NCBI RefSeq assembly: GCF_011386835.1 | Contig: NC_088793.1 | Location: 125,798,001 to 125,862,000 of the forward strand | DNA length: 64,000 nt | Origin: Chrysemys picta bellii | Taxonomy: Eukaryota | Direction of reading: 5' to 3' | Shown: piece by piece, positions 1 to 13,793 of the stretch | Position numbering within the stretch: the first letter of the stretch is position 1 | How the letters are laid out: each line of letters starts with the position of its first letter | Notes under the pieces: model-generated | The model's database searches: none | What the model was told of the DNA's origin: nothing | The model's input: the letters and a program-made list of their open reading frames with translations, nothing else | Made by a program: the position numbers and the translations under genes

Positions 1-260
1 TAGAGAAGACAAAGGAAGTTGGCCCATGGGATTGTGGGGTACCTTTGGTGGGTTCCCAGGACCCAAGTCAGGAGTGGGTTGTGTCTGCAATGAAAAGCAA
101 TAGGACTCAAACCTGGGTCTGGGTTTGACTTGGGCTCAAACCCTCCACCCCTGCAGGGTCCTAGGTCCAGGCCCAAGTCTGTAAGATTTGGGTGTAGACG
201 AAAGGGGAGTTTGGGCTCAAGCCTAAGTCTGAGCCCGCGCTTACATTGCAGTGTAGACAT
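1..260. mobile_element. Non-autonomous DNA transposon (MITE), left end outside the window
   Basis: Ends in ...gcagtgtagacat, the gtctacac/gtgtagac TIR type also seen at 8415, 34331, 53879 and 55192; internal gggctcaa/ttgggctc repeats. Confidence 0.55.
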
Positions 261-3200
261 ATTCATAGACTTCCTATTCATTTTCTTTTTCAATTTCTGC
301 TATTTCCTACAATCCTCAGATGTCTCACAGAGCTTTCATACCATTTGATAAATGCAAAGTCCATTTACCACAAGAGCTTTTAGAAAGATATTTCTAGGGG
401 GAAAAAAAGAAGAAGATTTTAGTTGCAGGTTTGTTGGTGTTTATTTGTGGAGGAGGGTTGTTTTGGTAACTACTTACTCTCTTCCAGGTCTGCTTGAGTA
501 GCTACCTTTCCTTTGCAATATATTAAGGCTAATATTTGCAATTCTACATCATTAAGGAGGTAACTCTGGCAAGCCAATGCTTGGGGCACGATTCTCCACT
601 TCTTTGCTTCATGTTTTCATTTACACCTGAGAGAAGTGCATGCAAAATGAGTGTAAAATGCTATCTAAATCAAACGCTAGTGTTTTACACTCACTTAGCA
701 CATGTGACTATACAAGGTGTGAGGCAGTGAAGAATCAGGCCATAGAATCCAAACATCTTAAGAGTCTAGATAAATAGTCTCTTTTAATGTTTCATGAACT
801 AGAAATGTCTTCCTGCTACCCACCCACTCTTCTGTACATTTTTCTGATATGAGACAGACATTGGCAATTTCCCTAGCTGAGGAAGATAATTTCTGATAGG
901 TGTCCTAATCTAAGGGAAATTCAACTATTTCTCCCTCTCGTGCTAACTACTTAGAACTGGAGCACAGTGAATGCTCTCCCTCGGTATTTGGTTATTCTTT
1001 GGGGAGCGAGGATGATTCTTTGGGGGAGCTCCTGTGTCTTGCAAGACTGTCTCCTTGAATTCAGAACTGAGCAACAAATTTTGTCTGAGCCTCCAGAGTG
1101 GTTCTGCTTACTATGAATTTAAAATCATCATCCATCTAAGGAAAAAATCTAGGCAAAAAGCGGGGGTCTGAAGCATTTGTCTGCCATTTCCTCATGGGTA
1201 AATGCATTCTCATTATCTGGACCTGCAAGGCCCTTCCATTTGAGCAAATGGCAAGGGGCAAGTAGGTTGAGCAGAAAATTCTGCCTTTGTCTGGGCATTT
1301 TTTGTCGCAATAAATTAGCTTGGAATAGCAAGAAGGACTTTTTTTAGAAACCCTTTTCTGGATTCTTTTTGCTACAGATTTTTGTCCTAGACAGAAAAGG
1401 CTCTAGTACCAGTCACGGCAGAATGGAAAGTGGAGAATAAAAAGAAAGGCCAACTCCTGTCAGAGGGTGCCATCAAAAACAGAGGGCTACTGTTGCTGCA
1501 TCTGCCTGCCACACAAATATGGCACAAGATGGCCATGTGTCTACATTGGTATTCTAGTTAGCAAGGAATAGACTTATATTTCTGTCAAGTTATAGGTAAA
1601 TGGAGAACAATAAAGATGATAGCCCAGATTTTCAGCTGATGTAAATCGGCATATTTCCATTGACGCTATTTGACTCTGGCCCTCCTTGTTTCAGGTCAGT
1701 AATGATACCGTCTAAATAATTCAGAAAACACATGTGCGTTGCATACAGCACAGGATGATCAATGGTATTGGGAACTCCTCTTGCTTTCCTAAATATTTTG
1801 GCCTGAAAACCTCAATTTTTCAAAGAATGAGTTTTGAAAATTACTCTGCAGGCCAAAAGTTGTGCCACCAACCTCACAAGACTGAAATGAGTTGTTTAGG
1901 TCACTGTATCTTCTTGTGATATATTTCTAGTCATGTCACATCTGACCGAATCATGGCATGATGCACAAAGGCAGATATGACTTGTCACATGACACATCAA
2001 CATGTCACATTTTAAAACACAGTCTATCCTACTCTCCAGACAGGGTAGATGGTATACACATCTCTTTCCAAAACTGAAAAGAAGACAGAGACCATACTGC
2101 TTGTAGATGAGCTACAAATCCATAATGGGTTTTTTATTTCAAAGCATTATCACTCTATTATCTTTATTTAGAAGTTAGTCAGATGGCCCCAATCCAAAAC
2201 CCTGGTTCCAAACAAACACTCCCAGAATCTGGTGGGGAGGATTTAAAAATCTGAACCTTGACACAAATCTAAAATTTGCAGTTAATCCCTAATAATAATG
2301 GGCCAAAGGCAAAATCAGAACATGTCACATAACTTCCCGGTATTCAAAATCCAGATTTAAATCCAATTTCTATGGCTTGTCTATTTCTAAAATAAATTGT
2401 AAAAGTTAAGCAAGACAGAGTTTTGAGAGGCCAATGAAATCTGGCACACTGAAATCCTGAAAGCATCTGAGAAATCCACAGCAAAGTGTTTTGGAAGAGA
2501 AAATATTCCATGGAGAAAAGAGAGAGCTTGCAAAGTGATTTTAATTAAATCAATTATTTAGCTTCTCTGGGTTCATTCTCTAAAAGGTGTCAAAAATGGC
2601 CTAAGAAGAACCACAAAAATTGTCTCAGAAACACAACTTAACCACTGTAAAAGACTGGTAGCACTCTTATTATGATAGATTACATGACATGAAAATTGTA
2701 CAGTGTAATGAAAAAATATTAAGCTATGGAAAAATGACAGCAACAAATGATAATTCTGAAGGATGAGATGAGAAAGAACACAACATCATAGTAAGAAAAA
2801 TTGGCTTTATTTTCTTTTAAAAGGGACAGAAAAGACACTTGGTCTTATGGCTACTGCTATATTTATTTATTTTTAAAGTGGGATGGAGCAAGATCTAGGA
2901 CAACACTATCTAACTCTGATCAGAGGAAACACTATTGTGTGGTGAGAATTTGTGGGAGTAGATATATTTCAAGATGAAGATCTGCACTATGCTTCTGTAA
3001 TGAAACCATTTTCAAATGGTATATTAGTATATCAGTTTTTGTAACTGGAAAAACTGATAAAAAAACATTTTACTGTGACTTTAATCTTAAAATAACTGTT
3101 CGAGATAATGTCAATCTACTAATAATTTCTCTTCGTCTGCAAAGAAACCCATTTCCTTTTCTCCCCCTCTCCTTCCTTTGAAAGTATGTGCAATTATTCA

Positions 3201-3447
3201 GCATCCTGGATGTTTGTTTCACAACAATGATAAAAAGCTGATATGGGCCACAGCCAGTATCTTGGTGAAACTTAATGAGTTGCTCCAGGAAAGATACTCT
3301 TTTCTCCCCAACTGCCTCTCACAAGAGATCAAAAGTAAAGCTGGTAGAAAAATGTTTAAACAGGACAGTTTTTCATCAAAATATGCAGTTTTGGAAAAAT
3401 CTAAATGATTTGTAGGAAGTTGTTGACTTTGACAGGCAAAAGTTTAA

Positions 3448-3562
3448 GTGAACCATTATAAGCTCTTTGGGGACAGGGATTAACTTTTTCTTGTGTGTTT
3501 GTGAAGCACCTAACACTGATCCAAGACTACAGTTCCTAGGCTCTATGATAATACAAATAAAT
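3448..3562 (+). mobile_element. L2/MIR-type 3' tail fragment
   Basis: taagctctttggggacaggg...gtttgtgaagcacctaac...aatacaaataaataat; related reverse copies at ~28495-28585, ~33730-33845 and ~59800. Confidence 0.5.
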
Positions 3563-3604
3563 AATTTCAACTTTCTAATTTCCAGAACATGAAAATAGTT
3601 CATT

Positions 3605-3880
3605 ACGAGTTTATTGTTTCAATTAGTTTTGCTTGACTTATAGTATTAAAATATTGTAATTAATTTTTAATTTTATAATACAAAAATTGAAACAAAATGA
3701 ATTGAAATGAAATTTAAAGCTAAATGGTTTTATCTTATTGAAACAAAATGTTTTGATTGTCCTGAATCAAAAATTCAGAGTTTTTGTTTTCATGCCAAAT
3801 AAAAAGCTGAAATTTTCTGCAAAAGAATTCAAAGTATCCTAATTTCCCCTGGAATGGAAATTCCGTTTCCTATCCAGTTT
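3605..3880. mobile_element. Partial AT-rich non-autonomous element (gaaacaaaatg-rich family)
   Basis: Repeated gaaacaaaatg/ttttgattg motifs and ggaatggaaattcc end; resembles 5410-5985 and 60842-61781. Confidence 0.45.
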
Positions 3881-5409
3881 TAGTCCAAAGGCTGTTTTCC
3901 CTTCAATGCCATGCCATGCCATGGTTTTACTTCCACCCAACCTAAGACTAAAATAGTTTAATTAAAGACAAGTTTAAAGAAGAGAGAAAATCAGATTAAA
4001 ACAAAATAAACAGCCTGCATAGCATATCTAGCCATACAAATCACAATAAATTATGCTAAGAAGGTATATCTTGGATTAGTGGTAGTAAAGTAACAGCATT
4101 ACGTTTCTAGAGAGCGCTTTCTCCCTGCCCTGACTTTTTCATCCGCTCAGCCTGTCTGACATATGTCCTTCTTGGTTTCCCCTTCTCTTTACCTCTCCCA
4201 GCCTAGTTATGGCTTTCAGGATCCTCTAATATGTTTGAGTTGTCATATCAAACACACAGCTGCCCTCCCTACAAATTAGTCTTTCCCCAAATGAATTCAA
4301 GATTGTATAAAGTGCTGTAAGTAAAGAGTTTAAATTCTTGTCTTCCTGTTCCACCTTTGCCTCTTTGCACCCAAAGCAAATGCCCCTACCATCACACACC
4401 TCCAAAGAGATCTATTCTTTGGACCTGGGCAAGAGAAACACCCAATGATGTCAACAAGCTTTGTATCAGACCCCTATTGCTGGCCTTTATCGCCATGCTT
4501 TGTCATCCTTCGTCTTTGGAGAGGTGATGCTGAAAGCAGCTCAGACTGATTTTAAGGATAGAGTTTATACAGTTTTATAGGACTTTCTTAACTTTAACTG
4601 CACTGCCTACTACATTTATTTCTGATGCTTTTGACGGAATGTTCTATTTATATGAAAAGGCCAACCTGAAAGAGGAGTTTCAATACAGACCATCTAATCA
4701 ATAAGGTGAGAGTTATATTCAAACGGAGAGGTTTCTTGAGTGAGAAACACAAAGTATACGGTTTATGCTGCCTTCAAGACCAACTGGTTTTACTGCATTT
4801 CAGTAATTTGTATGTGTGTTATTGTTGTTCTGGTTTATTTATCTTTTAAGACTCTTAACAATTTCTAAGATTTTTAGAAGGGCACTGCAAGCTCCTGTCT
4901 TTATCGGACTCGTATTCCTAAATGTGTGACTTGTAGGTCAGCACTATAAATAGGTGATAAAGAGTTGCCCCAAACTCATAAGTTTGGATTCATAAGAGTT
5001 TCAAGAGAAAATGTTTGCAAATTTTTCAGTTTCAGAATTTACAAAGGCCAGGGCTAGCACTGGGGGAATGTTGGGGTATATAGAACTGTGAAACTATTAC
5101 ATGTATAGTATGTTATTACTATGCTACATGGACTCGGTGAGGTAAGCAGGAAAACCGGTCTGAACACAAATCACAAGATGATAAAAGTCATGTCAAATGT
5201 ACTGGTGGACGAGATTCAAAGTTATACAATTGAAGTGGAAGACTGTTTATCTGGGTCAAATGTTTCACAAATTTTGATGCCACAAATGGATGGTGCTTGG
5301 GAGTGTACCACTATTTTTTCCTCCCAAGCTGATGTGTGAAACCAAAAGACCAGATAGGAGGAACACAGCTCTAGGGGGCACTGGAACGCCACCAAGGGTA
5401 GCCTATTAG

Positions 5410-5985
5410 TGGAAAGTTTTTTAATTTTACAGATTTTTTTTTCTGTTAAAAAAAAATATTTTGTTTCAGGTCAGTTTGACATTAAACTCCATCTGTGTAA
5501 CGTGCGAGTCTCATGGGTGTTGTAGTTCAGATGTATCATGTCCCCATTCTCTCCTACGGGTTGGGCTCTTTGGTCAGACTATGTCTCCCATGATCTACCC
5601 TCTGACTGAGCCATGTGGTGCATCATGGGAATCACATATCCACCATGCATTATGAAAGATTTAGTCAGTCCAGATAACCCATAGAGAAGAATGTGACAGC
5701 ATAGCACCGTATGCAGATGCATTTTAACATTTAACTGACTCAAAATGAAGTGAAATGTGTAAATTTGGTTCAATATACCAAAATGAAACTTTTCAGTTCA
5801 AGTATGTCAAAACATTTCAGTTCAATCCAAACTGTCAAAGTGAAATGTTTTGACATTTCTGAATTGAAATTTTCTCTTCTGTGAAAAATTGATATTCAGA
5901 CTTTTAGTCTTGATTCAGAAGGGAAACAAATTTAGAAAGATCAGAATTTCCTGGGAGATGGGAATTCAAAATTTTGCTCAGCTCT
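5410..5985. mobile_element. Non-autonomous DNA-transposon-like element (~580 bp)
   Basis: Core catgggtgttgtagttc...ctcccatgat and AT-rich arms ending aaattttgctcagctct; same arm family as 3605 and 60842. Confidence 0.55.
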
Positions 5986-7744
5986 GTTTGAGACCTAAAA
6001 GGGTCTGATCAGGGTTCAATTGTTGCGGGAGGGAGGGAACAGAAAAGAAAGTGGTGGTTCTCTCCCAAGGTCAGTATTCACTTTTGAAAATCTTGGCCTA
6101 AGGAGAGAGGTGTGGACCTGGATAATAGTTTGTCTAGACTGAGCATGTTGTGCCCTCCTTCATACCATAATATGGTACAAAGAATGAATTCATTGCCAAA
6201 CAAAGCTGTAGCTAACAAGAAACAACCTTAACATCACAAAAGTTCAGCCAGTTTTTAACTCTGTATCACCCCAAAGGAGCTGATGAAACACCCCTGTAAT
6301 CAGCCGTACAAGAAATGAAGAACCCTGGAGACACATGCTCTAATCTCTTTGTGCTCCTGGTGCACAAGAACAGTAACTATTCTCCAGTGAGGAGAAAAAC
6401 CTGAGTCCTACTACCTTCCACAAAAGAGCGTGCCCTGTACAAAGTATTTTTTGCTCTTGCATTCAGAAGGAATCCAAGATAACAGAATAATGTCACCAAG
6501 GTGTGTTTTTTGAGTCACTGCTTTAAATGTGGTCTGCTGTCTGACTCAAAAAGCAGAGAGCAAACTGATCTACAAAGAGTAAGGAGGCATTTACTTGGAG
6601 AAATTGATTTAACTTTAATAAAAAGAAAAAGCTTTTCAGAGCCAATTAAACTAATTCAATTATGATGTGAATGCTTCTGATAACTGGACACTGGAACACA
6701 AATTTGCAGATTTTATTACTTCAGCTATTAACAGAGCCCAGGACAAATAAGTGCAGAGTTAAAGTTAAAAATACATGAAAGTGCCAGACTGTGTTTGCAG
6801 TGTTTGGTATAATAAAATAGTCAAGGAGAAGTGACCATCTATCCTAGGTATAAAATTTATGATAAACTGAACCTTATTGTTAGATTCATGTGGGTATATT
6901 TGCCTCAGCTTGTACTACCATGCTACAGAGTGGACTGTTAACAAACTTGTAACAGATGCAAAATGTTTGATCACACAAGTTTCCAGTATCTTTAACCCCT
7001 GTGCCTCAGTTTTCTTACAGCTGAGGTGAGGCTTGTTTGTAAAGTGTTTCAAAGGTAAATGCTGTAATTGCTTAGCCTTATCTTCTGCTTTTTAACCAAA
7101 CATCTGCAAAGAAGTGACGCACAAAGGCATGTACTCTCTTATTCAAGCAAGCAATCCTTTTCTTGAGGGCATCTTTTGACCTACATTTGGCATAATGTGG
7201 TTCTTTGTTTTGAAGAGCTAGATGGCAGGTATTTTTAGAGAATCACAGTCTAAGGGAAAACTGAAGCAGAACATGATGGAAGATCCCATAAACTGCTGTA
7301 GCATGTCAGAAAAAATGTTGTGAAAGTAAGCCATGAAAAAAGATCAGGTATCTCAAGAGCTGCCCTAACTGACAGGTTTTTCCCCTGAAGTAGTGCAGAC
7401 CAACCCTGAAAAGGTGAGGTCAAGAAAATGCACCAAACAGAAGAAGTTTCCAGAGGGAAATGGAATTAATATATTACCCTAACACGTCTGTACCCATTTG
7501 TCAGCCAGAACTGTTGCACTGAGACACCTTTTAGAAGCAAAGAATTGGCAATGGGACCACATGCAAAAAGAATGTATTGGACAGCCTCAAGGATATTTTA
7601 ACAGGAGACATCTTTGAAATGCATCTCTGGGTTCCACATCTTTCTTCTTTGCTCCCACTATTACATCCTTTAGAAGGTGACCTTTCTACAAAGGAAGGCT
7701 AAAAGCAGCTTCATCCAGAGAAAAATAAATGCAGCTCCAAAAGA

Positions 7745-7834
7745 AGAGATGGGCCTGAATCAAAAATCCAGATCCACACAGTCCTGACCTTTAAAAGGTT
7801 CAGGTCCAGATGTTGTGATTCAAGCCATATCTCC
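7745..7834. mobile_element. ~90-bp MITE
   Basis: TIRs agagatgggcctgaatc / gattcaagccatatctc. Confidence 0.6.
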
Positions 7835-8059
7835 CTAAAGATTAGCCAGAGGGATGGGAAGCGGTGGGATGTAGTTGTTCCAGAGTGACAGCAGATGCTT
7901 TATCATCCCCAGGTCCAGAGTGTGCTGCTTTCACATTACTCCTATCTTTTACTGGGCCAGACGTGAGGGACTGAGGTTGGGGCAGGATAAGAGGAGTGAA
8001 GTCAAATCAATATAAAAAAAATTGACTCTTCTATGGAGCTTTTCAACAATAGATCTCAC

Positions 8060-8230
8060 TTTAGTAAGGTAGGTAAGTATCAGTTTCCCCATTTAACAGA
8101 TAGGAAAACTGGCCCATGGTGAAATGACTCACCCAAGATCACACTACAGCTCAGTGGTAAAGCTGGGAATAGAACAGAGGTCCCCTGAGTCCCAGTCCAG
8201 TGCCCTAAACACTGGATCATGTTGCCTCCC
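8060..8230 (-). mobile_element. MIR/CORE-SINE
   Basis: ccccatttaacagataggaaaactg...gactcacccaagatcacac, the reverse complement of the MIR core. Confidence 0.75.
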
Positions 8231-8414
8231 AATCAGGTATCACAATCCCCATAAAATGTCACAGGCACTAAGAGGTGAACTAGACAGGTTGTTATGGCAA
8301 GACCACCTAGTGTGTCACTGTTCTGTGCCTGGAAATCCCTGGATCAGCAGAAAGGCTCAGAGTATCCAGGCTGCTCTAAATAAGTGGTTCCAATGTCTGC
8401 TGCAGTCAGGCATA

Positions 8415-8687
8415 GGCCTGGTCTACGCTAAAAGTTAGGTCAACCCAGCTATGTCGCTCAGAAGCGTGAAAAATCCACACCTGTGAGCAAAGCAGTTAAA
8501 CCGACCTAGCCCCTGGTATGGGCAGCACTAGATTGACAGGAGAATTCTGCTGTCGACATAGCTACCACATCTCAGGGAGGTGACATACCTATGCCGATGG
8601 GAGAAGCGCTCGTGTCAGCGTAGGTAGCATCTTCACTGAAGTGCTGCAGCGGCATGGCCACTGGAGTGTTTTAAACATAGACAAGCC
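8415..8687. mobile_element. MITE (gtctac TIR family)
   Basis: TIRs ggcctggtctac / atagacaagcc; reverse-oriented relative at 53879-54128. Confidence 0.75.
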
Positions 8688-10263
8688 CACAATTACAATG
8701 GCAAAACAATAGTATGAAGACAGAAGTGAAACTTGGAGTGGCCACTCCACTCCACCCGGATTAGAAATATTTAGTAACATTATATATTTTTAAATCAAAC
8801 GTATTTTTAAAATTTAAGAAGTTGATTCTAAGAATTTATTTAGCAAACACCCAGTAATATTTCTGTTTATCTTCAGGAGTACAGAAAGATAAACATGAAA
8901 TCAGCTTAAATACCCTGCATATCTAGCAAAGGCTGAAGTCTCTCCTCTCCTCTCACCCAACAGGTCCTGTGACTGTCCACAGAAAGTGAGGTAGAAATCT
9001 AATGATAATTACTGCGCTTATATCAACAATGGAAATGACAAGTGTATCCAAAGGGATAAATAAGCGGCATTAAGTCTGAACAGAGAAGCAAAGCTGAAAT
9101 GTTTATGCAAGCCATATGTCCATTTTCACAGTCAATTCTCAGTTATCCCAAGTGCAGTGTTAAAGGCCAGAGAGTTGTGATTCTCACATTGGTGAGACGT
9201 GAAATGTCACAGCTAATTCATGAAGGACATTTGGAGATTTAAAAATAAAATGAGTATCAGAAGAGAGCCATGGGTGTTCTGTAGTGGCCAAAGACAAACT
9301 GAGGCACTGTGGCACTCCACAAATGCATCATACTGTAAGAACTGTCCGAGATATAGAACCCTACAAGTGGAATCTAGACATTCTATTTCTAGCCCCTAGG
9401 TAATGAGCTAGTAGAGAAAGAGGTGAAGGCAGTGAAAAGACTTAAAGTCAACTGACAGCAAACATTCTAAACTAAGTATTAATAACCTATGAAAGCATTT
9501 GATTGTCTCAACCTGACTTTACAATGCACTCCAAAATGCAGGTTAGACATTAGAAGTTTATCACCCTCTCGAAATTTTAGAGGTAAAATAGCACCAAGAA
9601 GTCAGTGGTACATTCAGTTCCAGCGGCAAAGACATTCTTCCATAATAAAACTGCTATGGAGTGGAGGGCTACTAGCTAGAGATGATGAAGGGAGAAGAAA
9701 CAAAGAGAAAGGGAATACATAACCCAGATCAAAGTGATTGATGTAATGACCAGGTAATGGCTAGAGTACAGAACTGTACTTAAAAGCCATCACTGGTATT
9801 CCTTGAGGGTACCAAAAGAAAAAAAAAAAACTGTGGAAAACACTCATAATCCAATACAAAATACTCCTGAGTTTATGTACAGTTTATGGCTGATTCAGCC
9901 CCCCAAAATAAATACACCCAGCATGGCTGGTGAGCATGTTGCAGTCCAGCAAAGGGAAAAATCACCAAGCCAAATTATAAAATCATGGGAGGAGGGGCAG
10001 TTACAGTTCTCATTCATTGACAGAGATCAGCAATTTTCAGTGTGGTATGTTTTGACCTGGTCGGAAAAAGTACCATGCACCTCAAGTAAGAGGGTATTAG
10101 GCATGTTTGGGACCATTCAGCATTAAACCACTTGTTGCCGGGTAGTTACTCTCAGTTAATATCCAAGAACTCTCTGCTTATCTGATTTAAGGAACAAGGT
10201 AGTGCAGAGAAAAAAACTTAGAGTGTAAGGTTTTTGCAGTCACAATATGTAGTTAAACAAGGA

Positions 10264-10306
10264 TGTGTGTGTGTGTGTGTGAGAGAGAGAGAGCGAGAGA
10301 GAGAGA
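10264..10306. repeat. Compound (GT)n(GA)n microsatellite
   Basis: Direct reading. Confidence 0.9.
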
Positions 10307-12904
10307 AATCAATACCAGAAATACAGAACGAGGCCACAAATTATGAGAGAAATTTACTTTTCTAAAAATACATGAATTACTACATTGAATCCGGTCTTAA
10401 GCAACCGCACAAGGGATTAGAAAACTAGGCAACTTACCCGAGGAGGTCTTTATGTTGAAAGACTCATACTGTGACCTTTAAGTTACTTTAAAGTGGTTGA
10501 TTTTGCTGTATGTACCTCAAAGACTCAACACTTGCCTATGGGACTGCAGAATCCTCAAGCATTAAAAATTACATTTATTGAAACTTTCTTCGGAGATAAT
10601 ATTTTTTTCTGGGCTCCTATAAGAACATAGTCAATAAAGCCACAACTTGGGCAGGGGATCAGGCTACAACCATGTCAAATATGTGGTAAATAGGATGTGG
10701 GGAATGGGAAGGAGGAGTCTACACCTAGTTATTTGGCCTTTTTACTACAGGGGTTTTATTTCCCCCCAAGGAGGCTGATGGGCATATATGTGAGAGCTAG
10801 AGGTGACCTGGGACTTCTGGGGCCCTCCCCCTCTACTGTGCATCCTGCAAGCGTCAGAGGCAATCAGGGCCCCAAGAGTCCAATTCTACTGTCACTGGAC
10901 TCCACAGCAAAATTCCCATTGGGCTTCAATGGGAGCAGGACTAGGGCCTAAGATATCAGAATTCGTAGGGATCAGTAACACAAAATACAAATAGTGCATG
11001 TGACAAGTGAAAGGGGGCAACGTTATAGGGATTGTGGGAACCTTAATTCTGAATTGCTAATTTTAACCATTTAAAATATCAACCTCAGTGTTGCACGAAT
11101 GTGATTCTGTGCCAAGCGAGGCCTCCAGGATCAAGTACTATATAGAGATCTTGTCCTGTTTTCTAATAACAGTACTGGCCAGCACTGGCAACAGTCAACA
11201 AAGTTCTATCTTCTTGGTTTTATAAATAAGAATCATATGCTCTTCCCCTGCAGAAGAGGGCATGGAAAAAGCAAAGATCTGATAAGAGAAAGGTCAGGTA
11301 TTTCCCATCAGACAATGACATGTTCTCTACAATGCAATCATGTATTGCAAGCACATGGTGCCAGACATATTAAGCACTCACATGTGCCCATCACAGTAAG
11401 GACTACAGATTCAATGATGGGAGGTAAAGGGAAGCGAGAGAGAGTATACTTGTGTAGACGTCTCCCAACCCCTGCGTTACAGACTGACATCTCTCACACA
11501 CACACACACAGCACCTGGGTATTACAAGAAGCTGTGAGTGCAAGTTACTGACTTTTAAGGAGTTCATTACAAACTGATTGTGGGGGGTATCATTGGACAA
11601 GAGGACAATTCCTCTCACTATGCACCTGAGCATAAGCCCTTCTCAAGCTGCTCCTAGGTGCCTACAGCTCTCCTGTGCTCTTCTCATTTGAGATTTAAAG
11701 TATACCCATAGCAATAAGCCATGCACAGGTTTGGTTTTGTTCAAAAAAGCACATACATATCCAGTAGCATTTTAGGCACCTTTGATCATAACTTACAACC
11801 AGCTGCTGCCCTCTCTGGCATGCAACAGACAATAGGCATGTGCCCATGAGTCAGCCTCTCAGGTTTTTCCTGTCTAAAAGCCTGAAGAGGTTCATTGTTA
11901 AGGGGTTTATACTGTCTGAGCATTCGCATGAAAATGAACTATTTGTCTAAAAAAAAGAAAACGACTGGATTTCCCAGAGGCATCGAATACACAAAGCACA
12001 CCGACATTTTTGAATACCAGAGAAGTTTGCTAAATGCCAGGGGCAACATTCTGCAGGCCCAAGCATCAAAGTCTGTTCCCAGCTGGACAAAGATAGAAGC
12101 TTGAGAGTGACATCCTTAATAAATACATAAAGCAGGCAGAGGGGTCATCATGCATGACCTTGAACCCCTGTGTAGTTTCAAGCAATGTGTTACTAAGTGA
12201 AGGAGTCTGGCTGGAAAAGTGAAAATAACGTAAGGTGAAGTTCTCTTCTTTTTTTTCCTTTTCAAATTTTGTTAAGTTTCATTTCATTGCAAGTTTCAAG
12301 AGCTAGCAGTGCAATATCAAAGTGTGCCATAATCAAGAATAATCGGACGTAATAATCAAACATTGCATTTTTGCACACTCAGCATATGGCCTTAGCCTTT
12401 AGTTACCATAACAACACTGCTGCTTCGTCTTCAAAGAGCATATTACTACCCAGCGCCCCAAGGAAGCTATTACTACTTCTTTGTAGGAATAACTCTCCAG
12501 GATTGGGGGGAGGGGAGCAAGAATGGGAAATACATAATTTTTAATTTAAAAAGGAAGCTATTTTTGTAATCAATAAACAAACTTTTTTGTAAAAATCTAC
12601 ATTGATGATGCAAAAGAAACTAGTTTATCTTTTTATGTTTCCAAGTTCTTTAAATACAATTTAAATGATAAATTAAGACATACAGTTAGTGCACACACTA
12701 GGTTAATGTGTCAGTTATAGTCAGTTCAATTTCACATCAGTCAAAATCAAATCCCCAGCTGTTTTGCTTGCCATCACTCAAGCACACTATTGCCAATTTG
12801 GCATCTTTTTCCGTATCTTTTATGTCTTGAAGCCATAAGCAATATCCCCCGTTTGAACACTATTCTACAGAATTTTCATTCTAACCCTAAAGAGATCCTC
12901 TCAG

Positions 12905-13166
12905 TCAAAAGTCACCTACCACTGGAGATGTGCACGTTTCAGGAGACAGCTCAAGAGGTCCTTCGTCCTCAGTCAGGGAGGCAAAAGCACTGTCCACTGA
13001 AAGCACGCCCATATCCAAACACAGCAAGGTCCAGCTTTCTACTGCATTCCTTTCAGTGCTACTGAGAACATGCCAGTGGGTCATGGTTGCAGGAGATATG
13101 TTAGCCCGTGGACTGCAAAACAAAGAAAGCTTGGCAACTGCCACAGATGTCACCGCCCAAGTTGGA
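12905..13166 (-). other. Candidate terminal exon (minus strand) of an unidentified transcript
   Basis: Strong acceptor ttgtttctttctcttag|TCCAAC at 13167; one frame open for ~87 codons to TGA at 12905; non-repetitive; no homolog recognised. Confidence 0.3.
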
Positions 13167-13793
13167 CTAAGAGAAAGAAACAAGGCGCAATTGCAGCAGG
13201 CTGGAAATGGAGATCTCCTGGGAGCTGCTATGATCCCTGGGGTATTTTCTCTTTCAATACACAGACCTAAGACATAGGGCTATGAGAAAAGTTGTTTTGT
13301 TCTCTTTGTTGACAAACATCCATTGAAGCATTAAGCAAGTGCTAGGTTCAATATAAGCAATTTTGTAAGAGATCAGGAGGAGCAGCTAAAATGCAGGAAT
13401 TTGCTGTCAATTTCATAGGTGCTGAAGCATCATTCTTTGCCAGTTTTTTCATCTTTATTTTTAAAGAGCGAAGGGGAGGGAACACACGAAGAACAAAGAC
13501 TCAACCTCATCGGTTGTTTGGGCTGAGGAGGACAAATGAGCCATTTCATCTCCAGAATTTACAGCGGAAATGCAAGGAGTTTTCATGTCCAACATAAATC
13601 AGCTATATAGAGCGACTGCCACTCTGTTTCATTTTAAAAGTCTCATTAGGAGCACTGCTGATCTCCTTGGAGGTTAAAAGCAACTTGTTTCTCTCAAACA
13701 CAAGTCAAAGGTTTTTCGCTCAATATGAATCCTTGCCATTTCTAAATCTCACAGTAGTTGCTATAACATGGTTAATATAATGGAAAGAGAGTG

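Noticed and set aside
4498-4512. 15-nt match to mature miR-211/204 (ctttgtcatccttcg); weaker match at ~30620
   Set aside because: The 5' seed (TTCCC) is absent and no precursor hairpin is evident
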